From the IMG/VR virus record IMGVR_UViG_2657244943_000008, positions 1 through 10,588 of that record: a stretch of DNA of 10,588 nt; one strand, 5' to 3'. Numbering within the stretch: position 1 is the first letter of the stretch; each line of letters opens with the position of its first letter. This stretch comes from a virus (Duplodnaviria; Heunggongvirae; Uroviricota; Caudoviricetes). Shown here piece by piece: positions 1 to 6,678 of this stretch. A program made the translations under genes and the position numbers. The notes under the pieces were generated by a model, which saw only the letters and a program-made list of their open reading frames with translations, made no database searches and was not told the DNA's origin.

Positions 1-366
1 TGATGCATATGATGGCATATCAGGTATCTGATTTTCCCCTGTTCCCACATTTCGTTTTGCCGCTTCTCCCAAACCAAGGTTTTCGAGAGCCGTTTTCACC
101 GTGCCATCCGATTTGATATCGCCAAACGGATTCTTGCGGCTTAACAGCAGCGCACGAAGCGCTGTAAGCAGCTGGTCATGCCGCCCCTTCTCTAGGCTGG
201 CACCGGATGCCTCCACAACACTGCAAAGTTCCTCCTGCAACATGTCAAAGTAGTCATCATCCAGATCGGTGGCAGGTGTGCCGGTCTGGGGGTTACCACG
301 GGTAAAACCGTTCTTACCCGCGCCGAACTTATCCTTCTGCGCGGTTTTCGTGTCTATACGATGCAT
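1..366 (-). CDS. Phage tail-fibre-like protein, N-terminal ~122 aa; gene continues beyond the left edge of the window
   Basis: Open minus-strand frame from ATG at 366-364 to position 1 with no stop (so absent from the complete-ORF track). GGAG lies 6 nt upstream of the ATG. Translation begins [55 protein letters not shown] and contains ...[25 protein letters not shown], a Gly-rich motif I recall as typical of enterobacterial phage tail-fibre proteins. Family assignment is from memory only. Confidence 0.45.
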   Translation of the reverse strand, partial: MHRIDTKTAQKDKFGAGKNGFTRGNPQTGTPATDLDDDYFDMLQEELCSVVEASGASLEKGRHDQLLTALRALLLSRKNPFGDIKSDGTVKTALENLGLGEAAKRNVGTGENQIPDMPSYAS

Positions 367-478
367 GGATTACTCCGGATACCCGGGCAGGAAGCGCCCC
401 GTCGTCATACTCACCGGCCTGAATGACCTCAACACGCATACCGTCCGGTGACCATTTCAGATCTTGTTTCAGGATCAT
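332..478 (-). CDS. Small hypothetical ORF (48 aa) between the Rz-like gene and the tail-fibre-like gene
   Basis: ATG at 478-476 preceded by GGTGA; translation [49 protein letters not shown]; overlaps the start of the 1..366 gene by about 32 nt in another frame. No recognisable family. It could be real, or the frameshifted 5' part of the downstream gene. Confidence 0.2.
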
Positions 479-500
479 GATTCTTCACCCGTCAGAACAG

Positions 501-520
501 GGGGCGCGGTTCCGCGCCCC
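501..520 (-). terminator. Perfect GC-rich hairpin (GGGGCGCGG-TT-CCGCGCCCC) 7 nt downstream of the Rz-like stop codon
   Basis: 9-bp perfect inverted repeat seen directly in the sequence. On the minus strand it is followed by CTGTTCTGAC, which is only a weak U-tract, so intrinsic-terminator function is uncertain. It could also be a protein-binding palindrome. Confidence 0.35.
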
Positions 521-527
521 TGAGTGA

Positions 528-878
528 TTACGCCGCTGCAATCTTCAGCAGTTTGATGGCCTGCGAATCGACCAGCATCCCGCCGGTGCGCTTGGTGGTA
601 TAAAAACCGACAAACGGTTTATTGGTGTACGGGTCACGCAGAATGCGGGTGCCGATACGGTCAACGATGGTGTAACCCCGTTTGAAGTTACCAAATGCAA
701 TGGCTTTCGCATCAGCGGCGATATCCGGCATCTGTTCGTTTTCAGCGATACCGTAACCCGCCAGAGAGGACGGCTGCCCCAGCTCCAGCCCCGGACGCCA
801 CAGATAGTTAACCGCCCATGACAGACAGACGATGATGCAGATAACCAGAGCGGAGATAATCGCGGTTAATCTGTTCAT
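528..878 (-). CDS. Rz-like inner-membrane protein (i-spanin-like N-terminal anchor with a divergent C-terminal domain)
   Basis: The ATG at 878 overlaps the TGA of the endolysin gene (ATGA), which is the lambda R/Rz arrangement. The first ~24 aa (MNRLTAIISALVICIIVCLSWAVN) closely match the lambda Rz N-terminal TM anchor as I recall it. The remaining ~90 aa (…GYGIAENEQMPDIAADAKAIAFGNFKRGYTIVDRIGTRILRDPYTNKPFVGFYTTKRTGGMLVDSQ…) do not resemble the Rz coiled-coil domain. Confidence 0.6.
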   Translation of the reverse strand: MNRLTAIISALVICIIVCLSWAVNYLWRPGLELGQPSSLAGYGIAENEQMPDIAADAKAIAFGNFKRGYTIVDRIGTRILRDPYTNKPFVGFYTTKRTGGMLVDSQAIKLLKIAAA

Positions 879-1351
879 ACCTCAATCTCTCTGACCATTC
901 CGCCCGCTTCTTTGAATTTTGCAATCAGGCTGTCAGCCTTATGCTCGAACTGACCATAACCAGCGCCCGGCAGTGAAGCCCAGATATTGCTGCAACGGTC
1001 GATAGCCTGACGAATATCACCGCGATCAATCATCGGTAAAGCGCCACGCTCTTTAATCTGTTGCAGTGCCACAGCGTCCTGGCTTTTCGGAGAGAAGTCT
1101 TTCAGGCCAAGCTGCTTGCGGTAAGCATCCCACCAGCGTGAAAGAAGTTGATAACGGCCTGCAGCTGTTGATTTGAGTTTCGGGTTTAGCGTGACAAGTT
1201 TGCGAGGGTGATCGGAGTAATCAGTGAAGAGTTCTCCACCGACAATAACGTCATAACCGTGGTTACGTGTCGGTTGTCGCCCGTTATCCGTTCCCTCTGA
1301 CCATGCCACCATATCCAGGAAAGCTTTACGCTGGGAATTTAGTACCTGCAT
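875..1351 (-). CDS. R: Endolysin, lambda R-type lytic transglycosylase (158 aa)
   Basis: Translation MQVLNSQRKAFLDMVAWSEGTDNGRQPTRNHGYDVIVGGELFTDYSDHP…REIEV is nearly identical over its full length to lambda gpR as I recall it (same 158-aa length, catalytic Glu in the WSEGT motif). A strong AAGGAG RBS lies 6 nt upstream of the ATG, inside the end of the holin gene. Confidence 0.92.
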   Translation of the reverse strand: MQVLNSQRKAFLDMVAWSEGTDNGRQPTRNHGYDVIVGGELFTDYSDHPRKLVTLNPKLKSTAAGRYQLLSRWWDAYRKQLGLKDFSPKSQDAVALQQIKERGALPMIDRGDIRQAIDRCSNIWASLPGAGYGQFEHKADSLIAKFKEAGGMVREIEV

Positions 1352-1354
1352 AAA

Positions 1355-1681
1355 TTACTCCTTAGAGCCACCAAACTTGTTACCGATTACTCTCATTGCA
1401 GCCCCACGAATAGCATCAACACCGATCAGCCCCACCCCACCACCAATGGCAACAGATAGTGATTTAGGCCATCCGACATACTCAAGAGCGGATGCAAAAG
1501 TCAGCGTCAGAGCGCCACAGAGTAGAATTTCGAGTGTTTTTCGCTTCCAGCCGCCACCACCGCCAAAATAGGCAATACGTAAACCAGCCATAACAATCGA
1601 CATAATCACTGCGCCCAGCGGTGTGTCTCCACGCCACCAGCTCTGGACCAACTCCAGCCATGTATTTGGGTTATGAGGCAT
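1355..1681 (-). CDS. S: Holin, class I with three predicted TM segments (108 aa)
   Basis: Sits immediately upstream of the endolysin on the same strand. Three hydrophobic stretches (GAVIMSIVMAGLRIAYF, LEILLCGALTLTFASALEYV, LSVAIGGGVGLIGVDAI) and a charged C-terminus, the same architecture as lambda S. GAGGTGAGAG lies upstream of the ATG at 1681. Sequence similarity to lambda S is modest. Confidence 0.75.
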   Translation of the reverse strand: MPHNPNTWLELVQSWWRGDTPLGAVIMSIVMAGLRIAYFGGGGGWKRKTLEILLCGALTLTFASALEYVGWPKSLSVAIGGGVGLIGVDAIRGAAMRVIGNKFGGSKE

Positions 1682-1822
1682 TTGTAGTTATCTCTCACCT
1701 CGCTGATACAGCAGGTGCAAATTGAGGAAACATCATGTACCGCAAATCAGAAGCGGAAACGTCAAAGAAGCCGAGTCAATGGATAACTGCGGGATAGGCT
1801 AGGACCAAGGAATCCCCAGACC

Positions 1823-1855
1823 CAGAAACGACAAAACCCGCTCGATGGCGGGTTT
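1823..1855 (-). terminator. Intrinsic-terminator-like hairpin oriented on the minus strand (possible tR'-like late-operon terminator)
   Basis: Plus strand shows AAACCCG-ctcgatgg-CGGGTTT at 1834-1855. On the minus strand the stem is followed by TTTTGTCGTTTCT. It lies ~150 bp upstream of the holin start, at the boundary between ~50% GC phage DNA and the AT-rich cassette. Confidence 0.45.
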
Positions 1856-1900
1856 AAGCTGTGTGGCGAAGTAAGCACACTTAACAGATTACGATATTTT

Positions 1901-1929
1901 TTGCGTACGCGTTAGTGTTTTGATAGAAT
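1901..1929 (+). promoter_or_regulatory. Sigma70-like promoter for the two-gene cassette (TTGCGT, 17 bp spacer, TG-n-TAGAAT extended -10)
   Basis: -35 TTGCGT at 1901-1906, 17-bp spacer, TG at 1921-1922, -10 TAGAAT at 1924-1929. This would give a ~37-nt leader to the ATG at 1973, which has GGGA 6 nt upstream. Motif match only, no experimental support. Confidence 0.45.
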
Positions 1930-1972
1930 TTTCAGCCACATAAAAATTCATTCTTATAATTCGGGATATATA

Positions 1973-3148
1973 ATGGATATAACTTGTTTAGAATGTGGCA
2001 ATGTTCTTGACGACCCAACTGTAGCTTGCGATAAATGCGGTGCCACGCCTCATGTTGTAGTGCTGGGCAAACAATCGTACTTTCCTATTGGTGCTGTAAC
2101 AGCAAATCTTGAAAAAAATGATTCAAGAGCATTTGATTATCGATTAGGTGAAGTTTGGGATCTAAAAAATGAAGTCACATCTGAATTCATAACCAGAATT
2201 GAGAAAAAATTTAGCCGAAAAAACAAATTTCATAACTTCCTAGACTCAGATCACAACCCTTCATCCATTCCTACGATCCTAAAAAAATACATTAATAAAA
2301 ATAATGAATTCATTGATTTATCTAGAGCTATAATAGAGAAGCTTAAACATAATGCTAATAACGAATCGAGAGTTGCCCAACTTCAGGGGGGGAGCGTTGT
2401 TTTCATCCACTATAAGTCTACCGAACCAGAGGATTTGGGGAAACTTCTAATCGTAATGGTTGATAAACAAAGCGCCTATGACTTTGATTCGGATAAGTTG
2501 ACCCCAACAAGATTAAATCCAATTAATACCGATGCCTTACGGCAGGCTGCGATGTTCGATTTAACTTTATTCGAAGCCAGTTATCCAGAAAACAAGGGTG
2601 ACTCATATGTACATTTCTTGCAAGGTAAATCTAAAAGCGATTTTTTCAAAGACTCATTAGGTTGCCGACATGATTCGGACAATAAAAGAAGCATTCAGCA
2701 ATTATTCAGTGCTATAGATATTTTTGCTAGTAAAAACTCACTCGGTCGTGTACTGCGTGATACTATTGACAATGAAGTTAAATCCTTACTGGAAAAAAAA
2801 TCAAAAGATAAACACGGAAATAAGTCCGTTAAGATAGAGGATATTTCAAAAATAATTGACTCATGCCTGACTGATTCACACAAATGTAAGGGAACGTTTG
2901 TCGATTTTGTTAATCTTAATGGTTTCCAGATTGACCCTCAATTTGAACCAACTCCTAAAGCAGCTGAAAGCGCGCTTACAATTGAAGTGGCAGATAACGA
3001 CAATAATTTTAAGTTGAAAATAATGCGTGGAGCTATTGGAGACGAAAAGTCAAATAAGCCTGTAATTCTCACTGACAACAAATGCGAAATTGTGATAAAA
3101 TTGAGTCAGGCAAATTATGATGAACTCAAAAGATATAGAGACAGCTAA
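1973..3148 (+). CDS. Zinc-ribbon plus NdpA/YejK-like nucleoid-associated-domain protein (391 aa); cassette gene 1
   Basis: N-terminal CxxC…CxxC (CLECGN…CDKCG). The central and C-terminal region aligns by eye to E. coli YejK/NdpA as I recall it: GGSVVFIHYKS…LLIVMVDKQ versus GGIVLFCHYRY…LLVAVLNN, and YVHFLQGKSKSDFFKDSLG versus [22 protein letters not shown]. About 30% GC against ~50% in flanking phage genes. Confidence 0.6.
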   Translation: MDITCLECGNVLDDPTVACDKCGATPHVVVLGKQSYFPIGAVTANLEKNDSRAFDYRLGEVWDLKNEVTSEFITRIEKKFSRKNKFHNFLDSDHNPSSIPTILKKYINKNNEFIDLSRAIIEKLKHNANNESRVAQLQGGSVVFIHYKSTEPEDLGKLLIVMVDKQSAYDFDSDKLTPTRLNPINTDALRQAAMFDLTLFEASYPENKGDSYVHFLQGKSKSDFFKDSLGCRHDSDNKRSIQQLFSAIDIFASKNSLGRVLRDTIDNEVKSLLEKKSKDKHGNKSVKIEDISKIIDSCLTDSHKCKGTFVDFVNLNGFQIDPQFEPTPKAAESALTIEVADNDNNFKLKIMRGAIGDEKSNKPVILTDNKCEIVIKLSQANYDELKRYRDS

Positions 3149-3150
3149 TA

Positions 3151-4365
3151 ATGACAATTGCTGATGACTTATCAAGATTAGCGCAGATTATTAACGGAGC
3201 CTCAAGCAGAGTTGAGGGCTACTACACTGTCATAACTCTTGAAGAAAGCATTGTTATTGTAAATAGTTCTGAAATAATTAGACTGTTACAATCTATAGGT
3301 TATAAAAAGGCAACAACCTGCATCGAAAATAATGAAATTTGGCTAGATCGCCAAGCTTCATCTTGGGATGATGCTATAATTTATGAGAATGTTGAGTCTT
3401 TTTGGTCTAGAGTAAACACCCAAAACGCTCTTCCGAAAAATTATATCATCGGAACGCCGTTAATACTCCCTACTTCTAAGAATGAAAGCATCGAAAAAAT
3501 CCATATTTTCTTTATGTGGAAAGATATCCTTTCATTAATTTCTGATCATCATAACAGTGACTGCTCTGTCTTATTTTTCACCAATGAAGACAAAAGTTAT
3601 ACAGTCGAACTCACGCATTTTTTACAATATAGCGAGATTAATCGCTTATCGAACTCGTCTCTTAAATATGAAATTATAAAGGAGCTTCTCGACACAATAA
3701 AAATCAATGATTTACACAAAAGCGAGCGCAAGCTCGTTATACGCTCAGCCATAAACGAAGTATTTAAAGCAAATGGTACGTTCAATTTCTTTGACTTGCT
3801 TAACTCTACTGAACTCGTCAGGAAAAAATATGATGAACTATATGAGATTTACACAAAGAGGTTTTCTGTAAATAAAATTCTTAACGAACTCGATGAGAAA
3901 AATCTTGAGTTCACGAGTAAAATTAACGAATTCATATCATCTAATCAGACAAAAGCATTGACTATTCCCGGTGCATTAATAGCAGCTGGTGGCTTAGTGA
4001 AGGCTAATGAAACAACCGAAGCAATATTGATTATCGCAGGACTTTGGATGATAAAAAAAGTCAATTACATTTCTATTGAGATATTCAATGAAACATTCGA
4101 CAACTTACGTTCTCGAGTGGAGTCCGCTTTCGATAAGTATTTAAAGTTTGAAGAAAATAAAGAAATCAAAGATAATGCAGATAGTATTAAGAGTAGCATT
4201 ACAGGTTTGATTGATAAAGCTAAAAAAAGGATGAGAACTGTTAAATATCTCGCATCAGCCATGTTTTATGGAGGCCTTATTTACGTTGGATATAAACAGT
4301 TCCCAGTCTTTTTTGAAAAATCGGCAGTAAATCTATTTTATTTTTTATGCCATACTATAAGCTAA
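3151..4365 (+). CDS. Hypothetical protein with C-terminal hydrophobic (membrane-anchoring) segments (404 aa); cassette gene 2
   Basis: ATG at 3151 is 2 nt after the gene-1 TAA (TAATAATG), indicating translational coupling. The N-terminal ~260 aa are soluble with no motif I recognise. The C-terminal part has hydrophobic stretches ALTIPGALIAAGGLV, AILIIAGLWMI and VKYLASAMFYGGLIYVGY. Its 3' end overlaps the Q gene convergently by 21 nt. AT-rich. Confidence 0.6.
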   Translation: MTIADDLSRLAQIINGASSRVEGYYTVITLEESIVIVNSSEIIRLLQSIGYKKATTCIENNEIWLDRQASSWDDAIIYENVESFWSRVNTQNALPKNYIIGTPLILPTSKNESIEKIHIFFMWKDILSLISDHHNSDCSVLFFTNEDKSYTVELTHFLQYSEINRLSNSSLKYEIIKELLDTIKINDLHKSERKLVIRSAINEVFKANGTFNFFDLLNSTELVRKKYDELYEIYTKRFSVNKILNELDEKNLEFTSKINEFISSNQTKALTIPGALIAAGGLVKANETTEAILIIAGLWMIKKVNYISIEIFNETFDNLRSRVESAFDKYLKFEENKEIKDNADSIKSSITGLIDKAKKRMRTVKYLASAMFYGGLIYVGYKQFPVFFEKSAVNLFYFLCHTIS

Positions 4366-4701
4366 CATTGCTAAACAGCCATCAACAAACCCCATTGCAG
4401 TTTGCAGTTCCTTCCTAATTGTGCCATCAGAGCATTTTCTCTTCTTCGCAATAGTGCGTAATGAGATACCGATAACAAAGTGGGCGATGATGAGCTCATA
4501 TTCATCTGGTTTATACCTTCTCAACCGAGCCACACAACTGTCTATCATGATGCCTTCGTCATCATCACACTGAATCCGTGACTTTTTGCCATGAGGTAAA
4601 AGTCCCTTGAAACCAGCCGCTATCGGCTGCCAGTCCACTCCGCTATTGTCTGAAGCAGCCCAAGCTCCCCAACGATCCATTACTTCATACATATCACGCA
4701 T
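4345..4701 (-). CDS. Q: Late-gene antiterminator Q, short QuuD-like family (118 aa from the ATG at 4701)
   Basis: Translation [35 protein letters not shown]…CDDD… resembles DLP12 QuuD as I recall it ([35 protein letters not shown]…CDDD…). The track ORF begins at a TTG at 4716; the ATG at 4701 with GGAGAAAG upstream is the more likely start. Confidence 0.8.
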   Translation of the reverse strand: [118 protein letters not shown]

Positions 4702-4887
4702 CAACTTTCTCCACAAAATCAGGCCAGCACACCAATTGCCAGCGCACGATCGATAAGACCAGGGACAATTACTGACTCTTGCCGGTGAGCCTGACGGAAA
4801 ACTCCGCGCAGCAGGTCATTAATATCGTTCTTAATTAACTGATTATTTATCTCATCACTGAATATCTTTATATAGTGAGGACTTATT

Positions 4888-5712
4888 ATGTCTCAGAACT
4901 TAGACGCAACCGCAATTAATCAAATCCATGCCCTTATTTCTGCTCAGGGTGTTAATGAAATTATCAGTAAGATTGGTGCCGACGCAGTGGCATTACCTGA
5001 AAATTTCCGCATTCATGATCTGGAAAAATTTAATTTAAATCGCTTCCGTTTCCGTGGCGCGCTTTCCACTGCCTGCATCGATGACTTTATCCGTTATTCT
5101 AAAGATCTTGCAGATGAAGGCACCCGCTGCTTTATCGATGCCGATAATATGCGTGCCGTCAGTGTTCTTAACCTGGGTACTATTGATGAACCAGGTCACG
5201 CAGATAATACCGCCACTCTCAAACTGAAAAAGACAGCACCGTTCTCTGCACTGTTGTCTGTTAACGGCGAGCGTAACTCCCAGAAGTCACTGGCAGAATG
5301 GATTGAAGACTGGGCCGACTACCTTGTGGGCTTTGATGCTAATGGTGACGCCATTCAGGCAACAAAAGCGGCTGCGGCAGTCCGTAAAATCACAATTGAA
5401 GCGAACCAGACTGCTGATTTTGAAGACAATGACTTCAGCGGCAAACGCTCCCTGATGGAGTCTGTCGAAGCGAAGACCAAAGACATTATGCCAGTGGCAT
5501 TTGAATTTAAATGCGTTCCGTTTGAAGGTCTGAAAGAACGTTCTTTTAAATTACGCCTCAGCATTATCACTGGCGATCGTCCTGTACTTGTTCTGCGCAT
5601 TATTCAGCTGGAGGCTGTGCAGGAAGAAATGGCTAACGAATTTCGCGATCTGCTTGTTGAGAAATTCAAAGACAGCAAAGTAGAAACCTTTATTGGTACT
5701 TTCACCGCCTGA
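4888..5712 (+). CDS. yfdQ: DUF2303-family prophage protein, YfdQ-like (274 aa)
   Basis: Length and N-terminus ([14 protein letters not shown]…) match my recollection of E. coli CPS-53 YfdQ. It is followed by a YfdR-like HD-domain gene, as in CPS-53. GAGG RBS 8 nt upstream. Function unknown. Confidence 0.6.
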   Translation: MSQNLDATAINQIHALISAQGVNEIISKIGADAVALPENFRIHDLEKFNLNRFRFRGALSTACIDDFIRYSKDLADEGTRCFIDADNMRAVSVLNLGTIDEPGHADNTATLKLKKTAPFSALLSVNGERNSQKSLAEWIEDWADYLVGFDANGDAIQATKAAAAVRKITIEANQTADFEDNDFSGKRSLMESVEAKTKDIMPVAFEFKCVPFEGLKERSFKLRLSIITGDRPVLVLRIIQLEAVQEEMANEFRDLLVEKFKDSKVETFIGTFTA

Positions 5713-5724
5713 TTTGATTACTGC

Positions 5725-5747
5725 AAATGCCCCTGCGGGGGCATTTA
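5725..5747 (+). terminator. Hairpin AAATGCCCC-tgc-GGGGCATTT followed by AT, between the yfdQ-like and yfdR-like genes
   Basis: 9-bp perfect inverted repeat with a 3-nt loop, 13 nt after the yfdQ-like stop. The U-tract is short (ATTTAT), so it may be a partial terminator or attenuator. Confidence 0.4.
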
Positions 5748-5840
5748 TGGAAACGTAATTAACTCAATAATCGCCGGATGGTGAGGGCTTCCTTTTACCA
5801 GAATTCAGTGCGGTGCAGCGCAAATAACGTGGAGAACAAA

Positions 5841-6377
5841 ATGTCATTTATTAAAACTTTTTCTGGGAAGCATTTTTATTATGACAGGATAAATAAAGAC
5901 GACATCGTTATTAACGATATCGCGGTTTCCCTTTCAAATATCTGTCGCTTTGCAGGACATCTTTCACACTTCTACAGCGTCGCCCAACATGCGGTGCTTT
6001 GCAGCCAGTTGGTGCCGCAGGAATTTGCTTTTGAAGCGTTAATGCATGATGCAACAGAAGCATATTGCCAGGATATCCCCGCACCACTGAAACAACTTCT
6101 TCCTGACTATAAACGGATGGAAGAAAAAATAGACGCCGTAATCCGTGAGAAATACGGGTTACCTCCTGTTATGAGCACGCCTGTGAAATATGCCGATCTC
6201 ATTATGTTGGCAACCGAGCGTCGCGATCTCGGGCTTGATGATGGCTCTTTCTGGCCTGTGCTGGAAGGTATCCCGGCAACAGATATGTTCAAAGTTATTC
6301 CACTGGCACCGGGCCATGCCTACGGGATGTTTTTGGCACGCTTTAAAGAGTTACATACGATACATAAACAATCCTGA
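5841..6377 (+). CDS. yfdR: HD-domain phosphohydrolase, YfdR-like 5'-deoxynucleotidase (178 aa from the ATG at 5841)
   Basis: H…HD motif (HLSHFYSVAQHAVL…ALMHDATEAY) typical of the HD superfamily. The ATG at 5841 has GGAG 8 nt upstream and gives 178 aa, matching the YfdR length I recall. The track ORF starts earlier at 5778 without an RBS. Confidence 0.7.
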   Translation: MSFIKTFSGKHFYYDRINKDDIVINDIAVSLSNICRFAGHLSHFYSVAQHAVLCSQLVPQEFAFEALMHDATEAYCQDIPAPLKQLLPDYKRMEEKIDAVIREKYGLPPVMSTPVKYADLIMLATERRDLGLDDGSFWPVLEGIPATDMFKVIPLAPGHAYGMFLARFKELHTIHKQS

Positions 6378-6432
6378 CAGTGAAATTAACCAGTGAAATA
6401 GTTTTGTAGCAAAAGAAATGAGGTTATCAAAA

Positions 6433-6678
6433 ATGCTTCAAATGCTGACACTTGAAGAATGGGCTTCTGAAAAATACAGAAGTAATCCTCCAAGTGTGTC
6501 CACATTGCGTCGTTATGCTAAGCAGAATTTATTTTGTCCACCGGCCATGAAACAAGGCCGGTTATGGCGAGTGCGTGAGGACGCCGAGTTAGTTGGAGAG
6601 CTGGTAACACCAGTAATTAAGAAAAATGACTCATTACTTTTGCAACGGATTTTGAGTGATGGCAGCCAGACCGCGTAA
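6433..6678 (+). CDS. xis: Excisionase, lambda Xis-like (81 aa from the ATG at 6433)
   Basis: MLQMLTLEEWASEKYRSNPPSVSTLRRYAKQNLFCPPAMKQGRLWRV parallels lambda Xis (…LTLQEW…RSLETVRRW…FPPPVKDGREY…). GAGG lies 9 nt upstream of the ATG at 6433; the alternative start at 6418 has no RBS. Overlaps the int start by 20 nt as in lambda. Confidence 0.75.
   Translation: MLQMLTLEEWASEKYRSNPPSVSTLRRYAKQNLFCPPAMKQGRLWRVREDAELVGELVTPVIKKNDSLLLQRILSDGSQTA

Noticed and set aside
269-451. 60-aa plus-strand ORF from the six-frame track
   Set aside because: Lies entirely antisense to the tail-fibre-like and small minus-strand ORFs, has no RBS and no recognisable family; most likely a shadow ORF.
600-780. Embedded Rz1-like lipoprotein ORF within the Rz-like gene
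   Set aside because: The only alternative-frame ORF of useful length (about 58 codons starting MRKPLHL…) has no signal peptide or lipobox Cys, so it was not called as a gene.
1377-1571. 64-aa plus-strand ORF rich in Pro/Thr/Ser
   Set aside because: Antisense to the holin gene, whose position and architecture are well supported; a low-complexity shadow ORF.
1955-1960. Perfect TATAAT hexamer 12 nt upstream of the cassette ATG
   Set aside because: It would give a nearly leaderless transcript that cuts off the RBS, and there is no good -35 at the correct spacing; the upstream TTGCGT/TG-n-TAGAAT promoter is preferred.
2695-4262. Three minus-strand ORFs (2695-2883, 3597-3785, 4065-4262) inside the cassette genes
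   Set aside because: All are antisense to the long plus-strand ORFs in AT-rich DNA where stop codons are rare by chance; no RBS or family support.
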